Positions 40,083 through 53,207 of a DNA stretch of 64,000 nucleotides are shown here, one piece after another. The position numbers and the translations under genes are program-made. The stretch is taken from contig NC_086108.1 in NCBI RefSeq assembly GCF_963921235.1, positions 74,898,001 through 74,962,000 on the forward strand. The letters are read 5' to 3'. This DNA is from Mobula hypostoma (taxonomy: Eukaryota). A model generated the notes under the pieces. It ran no database searches and had not been told where the DNA came from. It was given only the letters and a program-made list of their open reading frames with translations. Every line of letters starts with the position of its first letter. The stretch's first letter is position 1.

Positions 40083-40963
40083 TGTTACGTACCCCGTAAC
40101 TGGGTTGCCAAACCAGCAGAAATGGATCACTCAGTTGGAGTCTGGAGTACTAGAACTAAGAAAGTTTTATTAAAGAAACAAGCAACACATTAATCGAAAG
40201 GATAATAAATGCAACAGTTCAGCGATGATAAACGCACATGTGCACAGAATTAAGATAACAGCATCAATCAAGCTCTATCGTTGTCTAGGGGTAAATGACC
40301 AATTTCAAAATGACTCAAAGTTCAGTCCAGTTTAGTAGTTCAGTTCGCAGTAATCGTTGCCATGGCGGTGGACAATGTGGGGGAAGAGAGAGATAGAATA
40401 GGAACAACTCATCATTCAGAACGGCTTCACTCACAGACCAGCAGGATGGCTCACAGACCAGCGAGATGGCTCACAAACAGCTTTTTGGGCGGGTCCTTGG
40501 TGATGTCACCTGAGGTCACCGACTGTGACCCCTCCTCCAGATGCGGTCGATCCTCTGCAGTGAACCTGGCACCCAGGCAAGGGCGGACACACACCGGGTT
40601 CCCGCTGATCGTACCTTTCCACCCTTGTCGTTGTCTGGGACTTCTCACCCACTCGTGAGAAGCGCACCGCTTCCAGGGTCTCGTTACCTCGGGTGGCGTG
40701 TGTGTCTGTCTTAGCGAACCTGTCCCTTTTTATCCCCCTGCTGGGGTATCGCCTGTCCATCACTTCAAACAGTTCAGGGTTCAAAGGGGGGAGCCGCTCC
40801 AGACAGCTCTTCCTCCCACATCCCTTCATTACAAATCTCCAGACGCTGCTCCATTGTTCCTTATCTCTCCTTCCCCTGAGGGCAGGTGGCAGACCAACTG
40901 CTGATGCCACTGATGCTAGCCCAGGCCAGCAAACATCTTAATTTTAGGTGTATTCTCGTAACA
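40083..40963 (-). mobile_element. Solo LTR (Gypsy/ERV-type), copy 1
   Basis: TGTTACG...CGTAACA termini; 4-bp TSD ACAT (40079-40082 and 40964-40967); minus-strand GATAAAAA near 40730 and AATAAA near 40170. Confidence 0.92.
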
Positions 40964-41340
40964 ACATCATCTGCATATAATGTTTTCCTGATAACTCTGC
41001 TGGGACAATGTAACTCACACAGATGGACTTAAAAGCTTCTAATGACAGAGATCTCACACATCTACAATTAATGCTGTGTGGCCTGACCCTTTGAGTACAC
41101 AAACATCCCAACTTCTAAACATGTTTGATGTGCGAAGTGGCATAACTCCATTGTCCTGCATCTGACTAATGCAGGCAAAATGTTTCCTGGTCACTTCACT
41201 TTACAAACCTATGCCTCCAGCTTCAAACTGATTACTGATTGCAATTTACATTATTTGCTTAAAGTTTAACTTTATCACCAACAATTCTGACCCTTTGAAA
41301 GGGTCATGCCACTGAACTAGAAAGCTGAGGTTAGCAATAC

Positions 41341-44300
41341 AAGACCATAAGATATAGGAGCAGAATTAGGCCATTTGGCCCATTGAGTCTGCTCTGCTAT
41401 TTCATCATGGCTAATCCATTTCCCTCTTAGCCCAAATCTCCTGCCTTTTCTCCATATTCTTTCATTCCCTGACTAACCAAGAATCTATCAAACTCCACCT
41501 TAAATATACCCAATAATTTGGCCTCCACAGCCACCTGTGGCAACGCATTTCACAGATTCACCACTCTCTGGCAAAATAAATTCCTCCTTATCTCAGTTTT
41601 AAAAGGACATCCCTCCATTCTGATTCTGTGTGCTCTGGTCTCATACTCCCCTACCATAGGAAACATTCTCTCCACCTCCACTCTGTCGAAGCCTTTCAAC
41701 ATTCGATAAGCTTGAATGAGGACCACCCCCTCCCTTCTGAATTCCAGTGAGTACAGGCCCAGAGCCATCAAACACTCCTCATATGATAAGTCTTTCAATC
41801 CTGGAATCATTTTTGTGAACCTCCTTTGAACCCTCTCCAATGTCAGCACATGCTTTCTTAGATAAGGGCACAAAACTGCTCACAATACTCCAAGTAAGGC
41901 CTCACCAGTGCCTTGTAAAGCCTCAAAATTACATCCTTGCTTTTGTATTCTAGTCCTCTCAAAATGAATGCTAACATCACATTTAAATACCTCACCAGGG
42001 ACTCAACCTGCAATTAACCTTTAGAGAATCCTGCATGAGGATTCCCAAGTCCCCTTGCATCTCAGATTTTTGTATTTTATCTCCATTTGGAATATTGTCT
42101 ACAGTTTTTTTTTCTTCTACCAAAGTGCATAACTATACACTTCCCAACATTGTATTCCTTCTGTCACTTCTTTGTCCATTCTCCTAATCTGTCTAAGTCC
42201 TTCTGTACCCTCTCTTCTTCCTCAAGACTACTTGCCCCCTCCACCTATCTTTGCATCATTCACAAACTTGGCCACAAAGCCATCAATTCCATCACCCAAA
42301 TCATTGACATATAATGTAAAAAGAAATGTTCCCAAAACAGACCCCCATAGAAAATAACTAGTCACCTGCAGCCAACCAGAAATTAGAGTAGATTTAGATT
42401 AGATTAGATTCAACTTTATTGTCATTGTGCCGAGTACATATACAAAGCCAATGAAATGCAGTTAGCATCTGACCAGAAATGCAAAGAATAGTGTTATTTA
42501 CAAAATAACTGTGAATAAAAAGTAAGTGCTACAGCACACAAATATAAAAGTACTGAGACAGTACAATATGGGTGCAATACTGCTTAGTGCTGTGATGTGA
42601 GATTCAGCAGGGTCACAGCCTCAGGGAAGAAGCTTTTCCTGTGCCTGCTGGTGCGGGAGTGGAGGCTCCTGTAGCGCCTACCGGATGGGAGGAGAGTAAA
42701 AAGTCTATGGTTAGGGTGAGATGATGCATCCTTGATAATGCTTTTCTCCCTGCCCAGGCAGCGTTTATGGTGATGTTCTCAATGGTGGGCAATTGGGTGC
42801 CGATAATCTGCTAGGCAGTTTTCACCACACGCTGGAGTGCTTTGCGGTCTGATACGGGACAATTGCCATACCACACTGAGATACAGTTGGTGAGTATGCT
42901 CTCAGTGGTACAGCGGTAAAAGTCCATCGGTATCCTGGGACAGAGGTCAGCTTTCTTGATGCTCTGCAGGAAATAAAGGCACTGTTGCGCCTTTTTGATC
43001 AGGATGGAGGAGTTCAGGGACCAGGTGAGATCCTCAGAAATGTGGACACCAAAGAACTTGAAGCTTGATACATGCTCCACTACAGCTCCATTGATGTAGA
43101 TGGGGATGTGAGTGTGGCTCCTAGCATGCCTGAAGTCCACAATGATCTCCTTGGTCTTTTGGGTATTAAGGGCCAGGTTGTTGTCGGCACACTACGCGAC
43201 CAGGTGCTGGACCTCGTCCCTGTAGGCCGTCTCATCATCCCCTCTGATCAGACCAACCACCGTGGTGTCATCTGCGAACTTGATTATGGAGTTAGAACCA
43301 TGTATGGGAATGCAGTCATAGGTGAAAAGAGAGTACCAAGAGGGCTCAGCACACAGCCTTGAGGCACACCGGTGTTCAGGGTGAGAGTGGAGGAGGAGAG
43401 GTTATCTAACTTAACTGATTGGGGTCTGTTAGTCAGAAAGTCCAAGGTCCAATTGTAGAGGGCTCCCTTTATTCCCACTCTTTGCCTTCTGCCTATCAGC
43501 CAATGCTCTATACATGCTAATATCTTTCCTTTAATACTGTGGGCTCAGAACTTGTTAAGCAACATCATGTGTGGCACCTTGTCAAAGGCCTTCTGAAAAT
43601 CCAGGTACACAACATCCACCAATTCTCTTTTTTGTCTATCCTGCTTGTTACTTCCTCAAAGATTTCCAAAATATTTGTCAGGCAAAAATTTCCCTTATGG
43701 AAATTATACTGACTTTGGTCTATTTTATCACGAGCCTGCAAATACCCCAAAACCACATCCTTAGCAATTGACTCCAACATCTTTACAACCACTGAGCTCA
43801 GACTAACTGGCCTATAATTTCATTTCTTCTGCCCCTCTCTCTCTCCTTGAAGAGTGGAGTGACATTTGCAATTTTCCAGTCCTCTGGAATCCTGACAGAA
43901 TCCATTGATTCTTGAAAGATTATTACTAATGCCTCTACAATCGCTTCTGCCACATTTCAGAACCCTGGAGTGTAGACCATCTGGTCCAGGTGACTTATCA
44001 ACCTTCAGACCTTTCAGTTTCCCAAGCACCTTCTCCCTTGTAATGACAACTTCACTTACTCCTGTCCCCTGACACTCTGAAACTTCCAACACATTGCTTG
44101 TGTCATTCACAGTGAAGATTGATGTAAAATACTTATTCAGTTTGTCCACCATTTCCTTGTCCCCATTACTACCGTTCCAGCATCACTTTCCTGTGGTCCA
44201 ATATCTACTCTTGTCTTTCTTTTATACTTAATATATCTGAAGAAACTTTTGGTATCCTCTTTAATATTATTGGCCACCTTACCTTCGTGTTCCATCATTT
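41341..44300 (-). mobile_element. CR1 LINE fragment (RT + 3' UTR), interrupted by Rex1
   Basis: KVDKSPGPDGLHSRVLK, CLTNILEIFEEVT, LERVQRRFTKMIPGL; tail at 41341. Confidence 0.9.
42382..43460 (-). mobile_element. Rex1/Babar LINE 3' part inserted in CR1
   Basis: WTLDFLTNRPQSVK...GVPQGCVLSP, SSFKFFGVHISEDLTW; (TCTAA)n tail at 42382-42410. Confidence 0.9.
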
Positions 44301-44334
44301 CATCTAAGCCTCTTGGGCCCTGGAAAGTGAATAT

Positions 44335-44872
44335 CCATTACATGAGGAGGATTGGTATGTCGTCAAAGACTAGCAAACTTCTACAGATGTATGTTGGAGA
44401 ACATTGACTGATTGCATCACCATCTGTTCTGGAGGCAACGATGCACAGGATTGTAAGAAACCTCAGAGGATTGTAGACCTAGCCAGCTCCATCACAGAAA
44501 CAAGCATCCCAACCTTTGAGGACATCTTCCAAAAGCCCTTCCCAAACGGAAAGGGTCCTTAATGATTAAAGGCAACATTAATCATTAAGGACCCTTTCCG
44601 TTTGGGATATGCCCTTTTCTCAATACTACTATCAGTGAGGACGTACAGGAGATAGAAGACCCTACTCAACATTTTAGGAACAGTATCTTCCCCTCTGTCA
44701 TTAGATTTTTGAACTGTCCATGTACCCATCAGCACAACCTCACTATTCCTATTTTGCAATATATATTTTTATTGTAACTTCTGGTAATTTGCTATGCCTG
44801 CACTGTACTGGTGCCACAGAACAACTAATTTCACAACTTATGTTAGTAACAATAACTCCGATTCTGAAATTT
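44335..44872 (+). mobile_element. Rex1/Babar 3' fragment
   Basis: LANFYRCMLENI-coding start, SFFPS-like end, 3' UTR. Confidence 0.7.
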
Positions 44873-45564
44873 GAACATAAAGTTCTTGTGCCTTTAATAT
44901 ATTGTTTCACAAGTAATAGTTAATACGTTTCCCCACAAGTGAGTAAATATGTAAGTACTTGTTTAAGTTAAAATTTTTATATTTTGTTTTAGGCAGGGAA
45001 ATTTATATATAGGTAGATATCTCTTATAAAGTTGTGACTTCTTATAAAGTTAACAAACCTAAGGGAATAATTTATACCTTGACATTTATGATACTTAACA
45101 ATAAATTTAGATTACCATTAAATCTTCTTCAGTCAATCTTTTCATGTCTCCAATGTGATCATCAAGTGCTTTTTGGCTCATAATTGAGAGTAAGGATTTC
45201 TCTTGTCTCTTCAACAATTTGTTTTAAGGAATGTGCAAGTGAAAACGCATAAAAACTGTGAGCTGAGAATTTAGAAATTCTCTCTGAGATGTGAGCTCAT
45301 AATTGTTGAAACAAATGCCAAGGGAGGATTTTTACTAAATCTAGGGAACCACAGAATGAATATAAAAATTGAACTTATAGCATCTATAACCGTACACTAT
45401 GGCTATCTATTGTTAAATTTACATTGGCATAAGTCCATATCATCAAATTGCCTGAGGTTACAACCCATAGCACCACCCAACATTACTCTCTTAACACATT
45501 GACAATAAATTGCTTTCCAAGGACATTTTCTGCTTAATCCTTTGCTTTTTAATATATTTGACAG

Positions 45565-45659
45565 CACATGGTGGGAAAATGCTCTGGAAGTTACAGAGAT
45601 ATTGAAACACTCCCAAGGTTTATAATCATTACTAATTTCCTTGGGCTATACTTTAAGAG
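45565..45659 (+). other. Candidate exon (probably 5' UTR)
   Basis: Acceptor CTTAATCCTTTGCTTTTTAATATATTTGACAG and donor GAG|GTAAGT; lies in non-repeat sequence. Confidence 0.45.
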
Positions 45660-46403
45660 GTAAGTGAAATGTTTTCACATCCTATACGTCAGAGTTTATA
45701 CAATAGCAAGTCTTTATCTCTCCACATTCCTTGAGGTGGGGTTTGAAAACTTTTACTGTATGATACCAGGACAGATACAGAAAGGAAATAGATTCCTAGT
45801 GAATTCCGCCCTTCCTACACACGCACGCACACAGTTTGTGACTAAAATAGTTATTTATATGGTAGCTTGTACCATATTCCTACCCACATATGCACAGTAT
45901 ATAACTAAAATGTTGTTTATATGATGGTTTATAGTATTTGAATACATTTCTAATAAAACACGTATTATTTATTAGGTAATCAATTCCAGAAGTGCAATTA
46001 TTAAAGAAAAAAATGATTGATCAATTGAAGGAACTTGAACAGTCTGTAAGCTATTAATTCTATATATGTTACATGTTTCCTTGGAATGTAAAGTGGCTCA
46101 CATACTATTGTTACAATTCCTTCTCTGTTTGAGTATTTTACTCAATACTTTTTGTGTATTACATAAAAGAGATTTTCTAGTTGCTTAATTTTTTTATTTA
46201 AGTTTTAAGACAGAATGAAGAGTCCATGAAAGTGAAGGATGTCACATTATCATGGAAAATTAATTCTTTGCTCTCAGTGAAATCATCAAGTTCTTTTTTT
46301 GTCAATAGGGATTAAATCAGAGTGATGCTCCCTGTTATCTCTGTAACAAATTGCCACAAGGAATGTTGAACCTGACAAAAAAACTGTGAGATGCAAGTCA
46401 GAA

Positions 46404-46506
46404 ATGCTCCTGGCCTTGAGGATTCTGCAGCTGGTGCAGTTCGTGTACTTGTTCTGTGTTCAGAAAAGGGAGAGTGTAGCAGTGAGGAAACATTGCAGGC
46501 GTTGTG
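46404..46506 (+). CDS. Candidate first coding segment (signal peptide) of a secreted or membrane protein; exon 46309-46506
   Basis: Acceptor TTCTTTTTTTGTCAATAG at 46291-46308; ATG at 46404 with G at -3, encoding MLLALRILQLVQFVYLFCVQKRESVAVRKHCRRC; phase-1 donor G|GTATGT at 46507. Confidence 0.5.
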
Positions 46507-46669
46507 GTATGTAATGTTACGGATATTATTAAAACACAGAGGTGAAGTATAATTTAACCAATTATTTTATGATTTGAATCTCACAGTATAATACACGGAC
46601 TCTTCCCCAGAGCTCAGTTTTTAAGTTTGCCACTGTGGCCCCAGGATTGACAACTTGAGTGTGAGAAGG

Positions 46670-47070
46670 AGGGGAGGTGGGTGAGGGAGGGGCAATGAAA
46701 TGGAGCTGGGAGGTGAGAGTTGGAAAAAGTAAAGGGTTGAGAAAAAGGCATCTGATGGGGAGAAGAGTGGACACAGGAGAAAGGGAAGGGGCGCCAGGGC
46801 GAGTTGATAAGAAAATGAGGAAAAGCAGTGAGGTAAGAGAAGAGCCAGAGTGGGGAATGGAAGAAGATCGAAGGGGGACGGGGAGAATTAGGGCAAGTCA
46901 AAGAAATTGATATTAATGTCATCAGGTTGGAGTCAACCCAGATGGAATATGAGATATTTCCTCTCCAACCTGAGATTGGCCTTATCGTGGCAGTAGAGGA
47001 GGCAATGAACCAATGTGCTGGAATGGAAGTGGGGATTGGAATTTAAATGGTTGGCCACTGGGAAATCCTG
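46670..47070 (-). mobile_element. Penelope-like remnant
   Basis: Purine-rich tract and reverse of the HLIFHLG.LQPDDINI-coding end. Confidence 0.65.
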
Positions 47071-47344
47071 TTTAATTTGGCATCATGTCCATCACAGCCA
47101 TCGTGAGCCAAAGGGCCCATTCCTCTGATGTACTGTTCTATGTGTTTAAATTTCACCTATAGCCTGGCAAATGAATCAATTTTCAGCACTTCTTAGACTT
47201 ACTTCCTTAACTAAACTCTTGTTAGTCTGTGAAAATCAAAAATAAAGATGCTGGACATCTAATATTAACCTAAAATGTTAGACATACTGTAGAAGGTATT
47301 CTGTGGAAAAGAAAGAAGGGTCTTTGACCTGAAACATAAACTAA

Positions 47345-48357
47345 GGGTATGTCCACACTACGCCGGATAATTTTGAAAACAAAGCTTTTTCTCTTCGTTT
47401 TGACCTCCCGTCCATACTGAAACGACGTTTTCAGCCCCTGAAAACAGAGATTTTCGAAAACACTCTCCAGAGTGAATAAATCTGAAAACGCTTAATATCC
47501 GGCATAGTGTGTACGGGGTAAATGGAGAGATTTAAAAACTCTGTCATGACAACACCACAACAACAATGCTTTTTTCTGCTTCTGCTTGGTACTGCGCAAG
47601 CTGTTATAACGCACAGTCGGTGTGAACGGCGTGAGAGCTAAATTGTAAAGTGAGCTTTTTTGACTATTTAAAAACGCTGTCATGACGTGCCGGAACAGAA
47701 GTTCGTTGTTTTCTTGAACGCAACCACCTAACAATTTCAGAACAGATGGCAACGAGACTGAAGCCAGAAGGGTTAGAAATGTACTCACCAAATACTTTGA
47801 CCCATAGCTTACTGAATAAATTATACTCACTTTGCCCTGTTTTCTGTCCTTACTTGTATGAAGGTGGTTTACCTATTTATGCAAGTACTTCTCCGACAAT
47901 AGATGTGTAACAGCCTAATGTAACATTGTATGGAAATACAAGATAACACTGATGCAGACGTTTTATACATGTAACAAGGTGCTTTATTAATGCAACATAG
48001 TTAGTCAGTTTTTCAATATTCGTCGTCAGCTGGGTCATACTGTCCATGAACTCCGGTTTCCTCCATACATTCCAGTATTTGTTTTTTTTTAGTTTTAAGT
48101 CCTCCTACGCGAGAGCCAACAGCAATTCCTTTAAAGATTTTCTACTCTGTAACTGGACAAACGCGCACTAAGTACGGTATACCGTTTCCTCTTCGCTTGT
48201 TTTCTGTGTGTCCTGCGCATGCCCAGTAGGAGGAGATTCGCCCAAATATCTGCCTAATGTGGACGGAGATATTTTGAAAAACGCTTAGTGTGGACGCCTG
48301 TTGTTTTTACTCGAAACTGGCGTTTTCAAAATTGTCCGGCGTAGTGTGGACGTAGCC
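47345..48357. mobile_element. Non-autonomous PIF/Harbinger-type DNA transposon
   Basis: About 36-bp TIRs, GGGTATGTCCACACTACGCCGGATAATTTTGAAAAC and GTTTTCAAAATTGTCCGGCGTAGTGTGGACGTAGCC; flanks TAA and CAA (3-bp TSD, one mismatch); no transposase ORF. Confidence 0.85.
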
Positions 48358-48879
48358 CAAGTTTTTCTTTCCTCAAATGCAGACTGATTTTCTCGGTGTT
48401 TCCAACATTTTCTGGCTTTATTCTTTTGAACACCTGCCCTATTTTCTCCTTGGTTTGACTTGGAAAAACTTTGTTTTGAAGTGCTTTGGGATGACTTACC
48501 AGAAAAGAGAACTTACACTTATATTAAACCTTTGATAACCTTGATGTGAGAACAATGTGACAATTAACAGTCTGTTCTATCGCTGTTGTGTAAGGATGCA
48601 TACACTACAATGAAGTTGGAGTGAACAAGAAATTATGATAGATTGCATTAGCGATATATCACATCCCCATGATTTTGACAGAAATTAATTCTACTTTTGA
48701 TGGCACACTCGTGAAATGGTGGATCAATCCTATTCGCTGTGGACCTGAGTAGTGGGCATTGAAAAAGCTAGAGCCATTAGAGGCTTTGATAAAGAATGCA
48801 ATATATCAGTTGCTAATATGAGGAGTAATTATCAGTTGCACATTTTGGGAAATTGGATCTTTTGTCCATCTGTCCTCCA

Positions 48880-51800
48880 CCTACCTGCATACAAACAGGG
48901 GCTAAAGGCAAGGCTGGGGAAGTTAGCATAACAAGGAGGTGGTTGCAGGGGGCAGAGGAGTGGCTACAGATTGCTTTGGGTCAGTGCACTGGGCTGTGTT
49001 CAAGGACTCATCAGAGGATGTCATGGACTTTATTTAAGCAGTTGTAGATGAAGGTGCCCCCGCAAAGTCATTCTGTGTCTTCTCCAACCAAAAGTTCTGG
49101 ATGAACCATGAGATCTGCAATCTATATGACACCAGTGGTGTTCAAGTATGGCAACCAAGTAACATACATGAGGTCCAGGTACGATCTTCGGAAGGCCATT
49201 TTACACGTGAAGCGGCAATTCTAAACCAAACTTGCATCACTGAAGGATGCTCGACAGCTGCGGCAGGGATTGAATACTTTCTCCTACAGTGAAACCAAGC
49301 GGCATAAGTGACAACAAGGTTTCGCTCCCCGATGAGCTCAGTGTCTTTTATGCTCACTGTGACCAACAAATGTGGAGGCATCTTAACGAACTCCTACTGC
49401 TCCCAATGACCCTGTGATTTCAGTCTCTGAGGCTGACGTGCATCATCCATCAGTAGAGTGAACCCATGGAAAGCCTGCAATCCAGTCAGAGTACCTGTGA
49501 TCAACAGGCTGGAGTGATCACCCATATCTTTAACCTCTTGCTTCAGCAGTCTGAGGTACCCATCTTCTTTAAACAGGTTTCAATTATACTGGTGCCTAAT
49601 AAAAACATGGTAAACTGCCTCAGTGACTATTGTCCAGTAGCACATACAGCCACTGTGGTGAAGTGTTTTGAGAGGTAGGTGATGAAACATACTAACTCCT
49701 GCCTGAGAAGAGACTTGGATCCACACCAGTTTGCCTACCGTCACAAGAGATGCCATTTCGTTGGCACTTCACTCAAGCCTGGAACATCTGGTCAGTGAAG
49801 GTACATACAGCAAGACGCACTTCATTGACTACAGCTCAGCATTCAATACTATCATCCCCTCAGAACTAATTAGTAAGCTTCCAGACCTAGGCCTCAATAT
49901 CTCCTTGTGCAACTAGATCCTTGATTTCCTCAATTGCAGACCCATGTCAGGATTGGCAACATCTCCTCCACAATCACCACCAGCACAATGCTGTGAGCTT
50001 ATTTCCGACTCTACTTGCTTTATGCTTAAGGCTATGAGGATACTTATGACTGTGAGGCTAAGCACAGCTCCAATATCATCTATAAACTTGCTCATGACAC
50101 CACTGTTGATGGCTGAATGTAAGGTGGTGACGAATCAGGATGTAGGAGGGAGATTGAAAATCTGGCTGAGTAGTGCCACAATAACATCCTCTCACTCAAG
50201 ACCAAGCAGCTGTTTATTGACTTCAGGAGGAAGAAACAAAAGGCCCAAAACCCAGTGCATATTGAGGAATCAAGGGTGGAGAGGATCAGCAATTTTAAAT
50301 TCCTCAGTGTTATAATTTTGGAGAATTTGTCCTGATGTCAACACATAAGTGCCATTATGGAGAAAGCATGGCAGCGCCTCGACTTTCTTAGATGTTTATG
50401 AAGATTCAGCATGTCATCTAAAACCTTGAAGGACTTCTATAGATTGTTACGTACCCCGTAACTGGGTTGCCAAACCAGCAGAAATGGATCACTCAGTTGG
50501 AGTCTGGAGTACTAGAACTAAGAAAGTTTTATTAAAGAAACAAGCAACACAGTAATCGAAAGGATAATAAATGCAACAATTCAACAATGATAACCACACA
50601 TGTGCACAGAATTAAGATAACAGCATCAATCAAGCTCTATCGTTGTCTAGGGGTAAATGACCAATTTCAAAATGACTCAAAGTTCAGTCCAGTTAGTAGT
50701 TCAGTTCGCAGTAATCGTTGCCATGGCGATGGACAAGGTGGGGGAAGAGAGACATAGAATAGGAACAACTGATCATTCAGAACGGCTTCACTCACAGACC
50801 AGCGAGATGGCTCACAAACAGCATTTGGGCGGGTCCTTGGTGATGTCACCTGAGGTCACCGACTGTGACCCCTCCTCCAGATGCGGTCGATCCTCTGCAG
50901 TGAACCCGGCACCCAGGCAAGGGCGGACACACACCGGGTTCCCGCTGATCGTACCTTTCCACCCTTGTCGTTGTCTGGCACTTCTCACCCACTCGTGAGA
51001 GGCGCACCGCTTCCAGGGTCTCGTTACCTCGGGTGGCGTGTGTGTCTGTGTCTTAGCGAACCTGTCCCTTTTTATCCCCCTGCTGGGGTATCGCCTGTCC
51101 ATCACTTCAAACAGTTCAGGGTTCAAAGGGGGAGCCGCTCCAGACAGCTCCCTCTCCCACGTCCCTCCATTACACATCTCCAGACGCTGCTCCATTGTTC
51201 CTTATCTCTCCTTCCCCCGAGGGCAGGTGGCAGACCAACTGCTGATGCCACTGATGCTAGCCCAGGCCAGCAAACATCTTAATTTTATGTGTATTCTCGT
51301 AACAAGATGTACAGTAGAGAGTATATTGACTGGTTGCTTCACAGTCTGGTATGAAAACACCAGTGCTCTTAAATGGAAACTCATACAATGTAGTGGATAT
51401 AGTCCAGTCCATCACGGGTAAAGCCCTCCCCACCATTGTGCACATCTCCATGGAGCTCTGTCACAGGAAAGCTGAATTCATCATCAAGGACCCCACCATC
51501 CAGGCCATGCTCTCTTCTCACTACTGCATTCACAAAGGAGGTACAGGAGCCTCGGGACCCACACCACCAGGTTCAAAAACAGTTATTACCTCTCAATCAT
51601 CAGGCTTTTGAACCAGTGGGGATAACTTCACTCTCTCTTCACAGAGCTGTTCCTTTGGGTTCACTTTCAAGGTCTCTTCATCTCATGTTCTCAATATCCA
51701 TTGCTTATTTATCTATCTATTTATGTAGTTTGTTTGTTTGTCTGTTTATTTAATTATTGGTATTATTATTATTATTATTTCTTTTTTATTTGCGCAATTG

Positions 51801-51972
51801 GTTTTCTTTTGTACATTGTTCTTTTTTGTCTTTCCTGGTGGATGTAGTCTTTCATTGATTCTACTGTGTTTCTTGTATTTACTGTGAATTCCTGCAAGAA
51901 AATGAATGTCAGGGCTGTACTGTACATGGTGGCATATATGTACTTTGATAATCAATTTACTTTGAACTTTGA
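48880..51972 (+). mobile_element. Degenerate Rex1/Babar LINE interrupted by a solo LTR
   Basis: CLSDYCPVA...[39 protein letters not shown] is split at the LTR; (ACTTTGA)n tail. Confidence 0.85.
50445..51304 (-). mobile_element. Solo LTR, copy 2 (same family as 40083-40963)
   Basis: TGTTACG...CGTAACA termini; TSD AGAT (50441-50444 and 51305-51308). Confidence 0.92.
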
Positions 51973-52378
51973 AATCAGCCATGATGGAATGGTGGAATAG
52001 ACTTGATGGGCCGAATGGCCTAATTCTGCTCCTATGTCTTGTGGTTTTATGATCTTATTTCATTCTGCTGAGTTAATTCTTTGCCAACAACAATAATTGG
52101 TTTTTTTATGCTTCAGTTTTGATTTCTCCACACCTTTACTGGTTTTAATATTAAGTGACCATTTGATTAATAAAGGATGTGCAATGGAAAATTCCTTTCA
52201 ATGATTTCCTTTCAATGAGTCACATGGTATTACTCGCATGGAAGGAAAGATAGAATCTACTTTATAATTAATTTAGAATGTGATGAAACCTATTGTGACA
52301 TGGTATAGTCAAAAGTCAACGTATAATGACAGATTTCATGGTCATTAGTAATTATAAAGAAAGAGGGAATTTTTTTAG

Positions 52379-52810
52379 CAACACACACAAAATGCTGGTG
52401 GAACGCAGCAGGCCAGGCAGCATCTATAGGAAGAAGTACTGTCCACGTCTCATGCCAAGAACCTTCGTCAGGACTAACTGAAAGAAGAGATAGTAAGAGG
52501 ATTTGAAAATGGGAGGGGGAGGGGGAGATCCAAAATGATGGGAGAAGACAGGAGGGGGAGGGATGAAGCTAAGAGCAGGAAAGTTGATTGGCAAAAGGGA
52601 TACAGAGCTGGAGAAGGGGGAGGATCATGGGATGGGAGGCCTAGGGAGAAAGAAAGGAGGAGGGGAGCCCAGAGGAAGATGGAGAGCAGGCAAGGAGGGA
52701 TTGTGAGAGGAACAGAGAGAGGAAAAAAAAAGGGGGGATAAAAATAAATAAATAAGGAATGGGGTAAGAAGGGGAGGAGGGGCATTAATGAAAGTTAGAG
52801 AAATCAATGT
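52379..52810 (-). mobile_element. Penelope-like pseudo-LTR remnant
   Basis: ACACACAAAATGCTGG...GCAGCATC terminus; minus CTGACGA...GAGAC hammerhead-like motif at 52440-52476. Confidence 0.75.
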
Positions 52811-53207
52811 TACATTTGTTTTTAAATAGGATAATGAAATAAGGGAGATATTTTGTACACTTAACAGAAAAGCATGGAGCTCAACAGTGAATAAATCATG
52901 TTATTCATACATTGAACTAGGCTGATTAGTAAGGTTGTAGCTCAGTGATTTCCAACAGGGGCAAGGGGACAGTTACACATCCAAAGGGGGCATTAGGGGA
53001 ATTAGAAGTCGTCGGGGGGGGGCAGTCAAGATTCTTGGGGGTGGGTGAAGTGGTAGGTGGCACCCTAACTTGAGGCATGAGCCCTGACTGACCGTTAATA
53101 GAGCAGGCACTTCCAAAAACAAGGAAGAGGCACTGGAACACAGGAAGAACAATAGCTCTGCAGGCAGTGAGCACTTATCTCCACAATGCGTCTGAAATTC
53201 AGCAATC

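Noticed and set aside
40083..51304. A single 11-kb LTR retrotransposon or provirus bounded by the two LTRs
   Set aside because: Each LTR has its own TSD, the outer flanks differ (ACAT versus AGAT), the interior has no gag/pol, and LTR 2 splits a Rex1 coding sequence.
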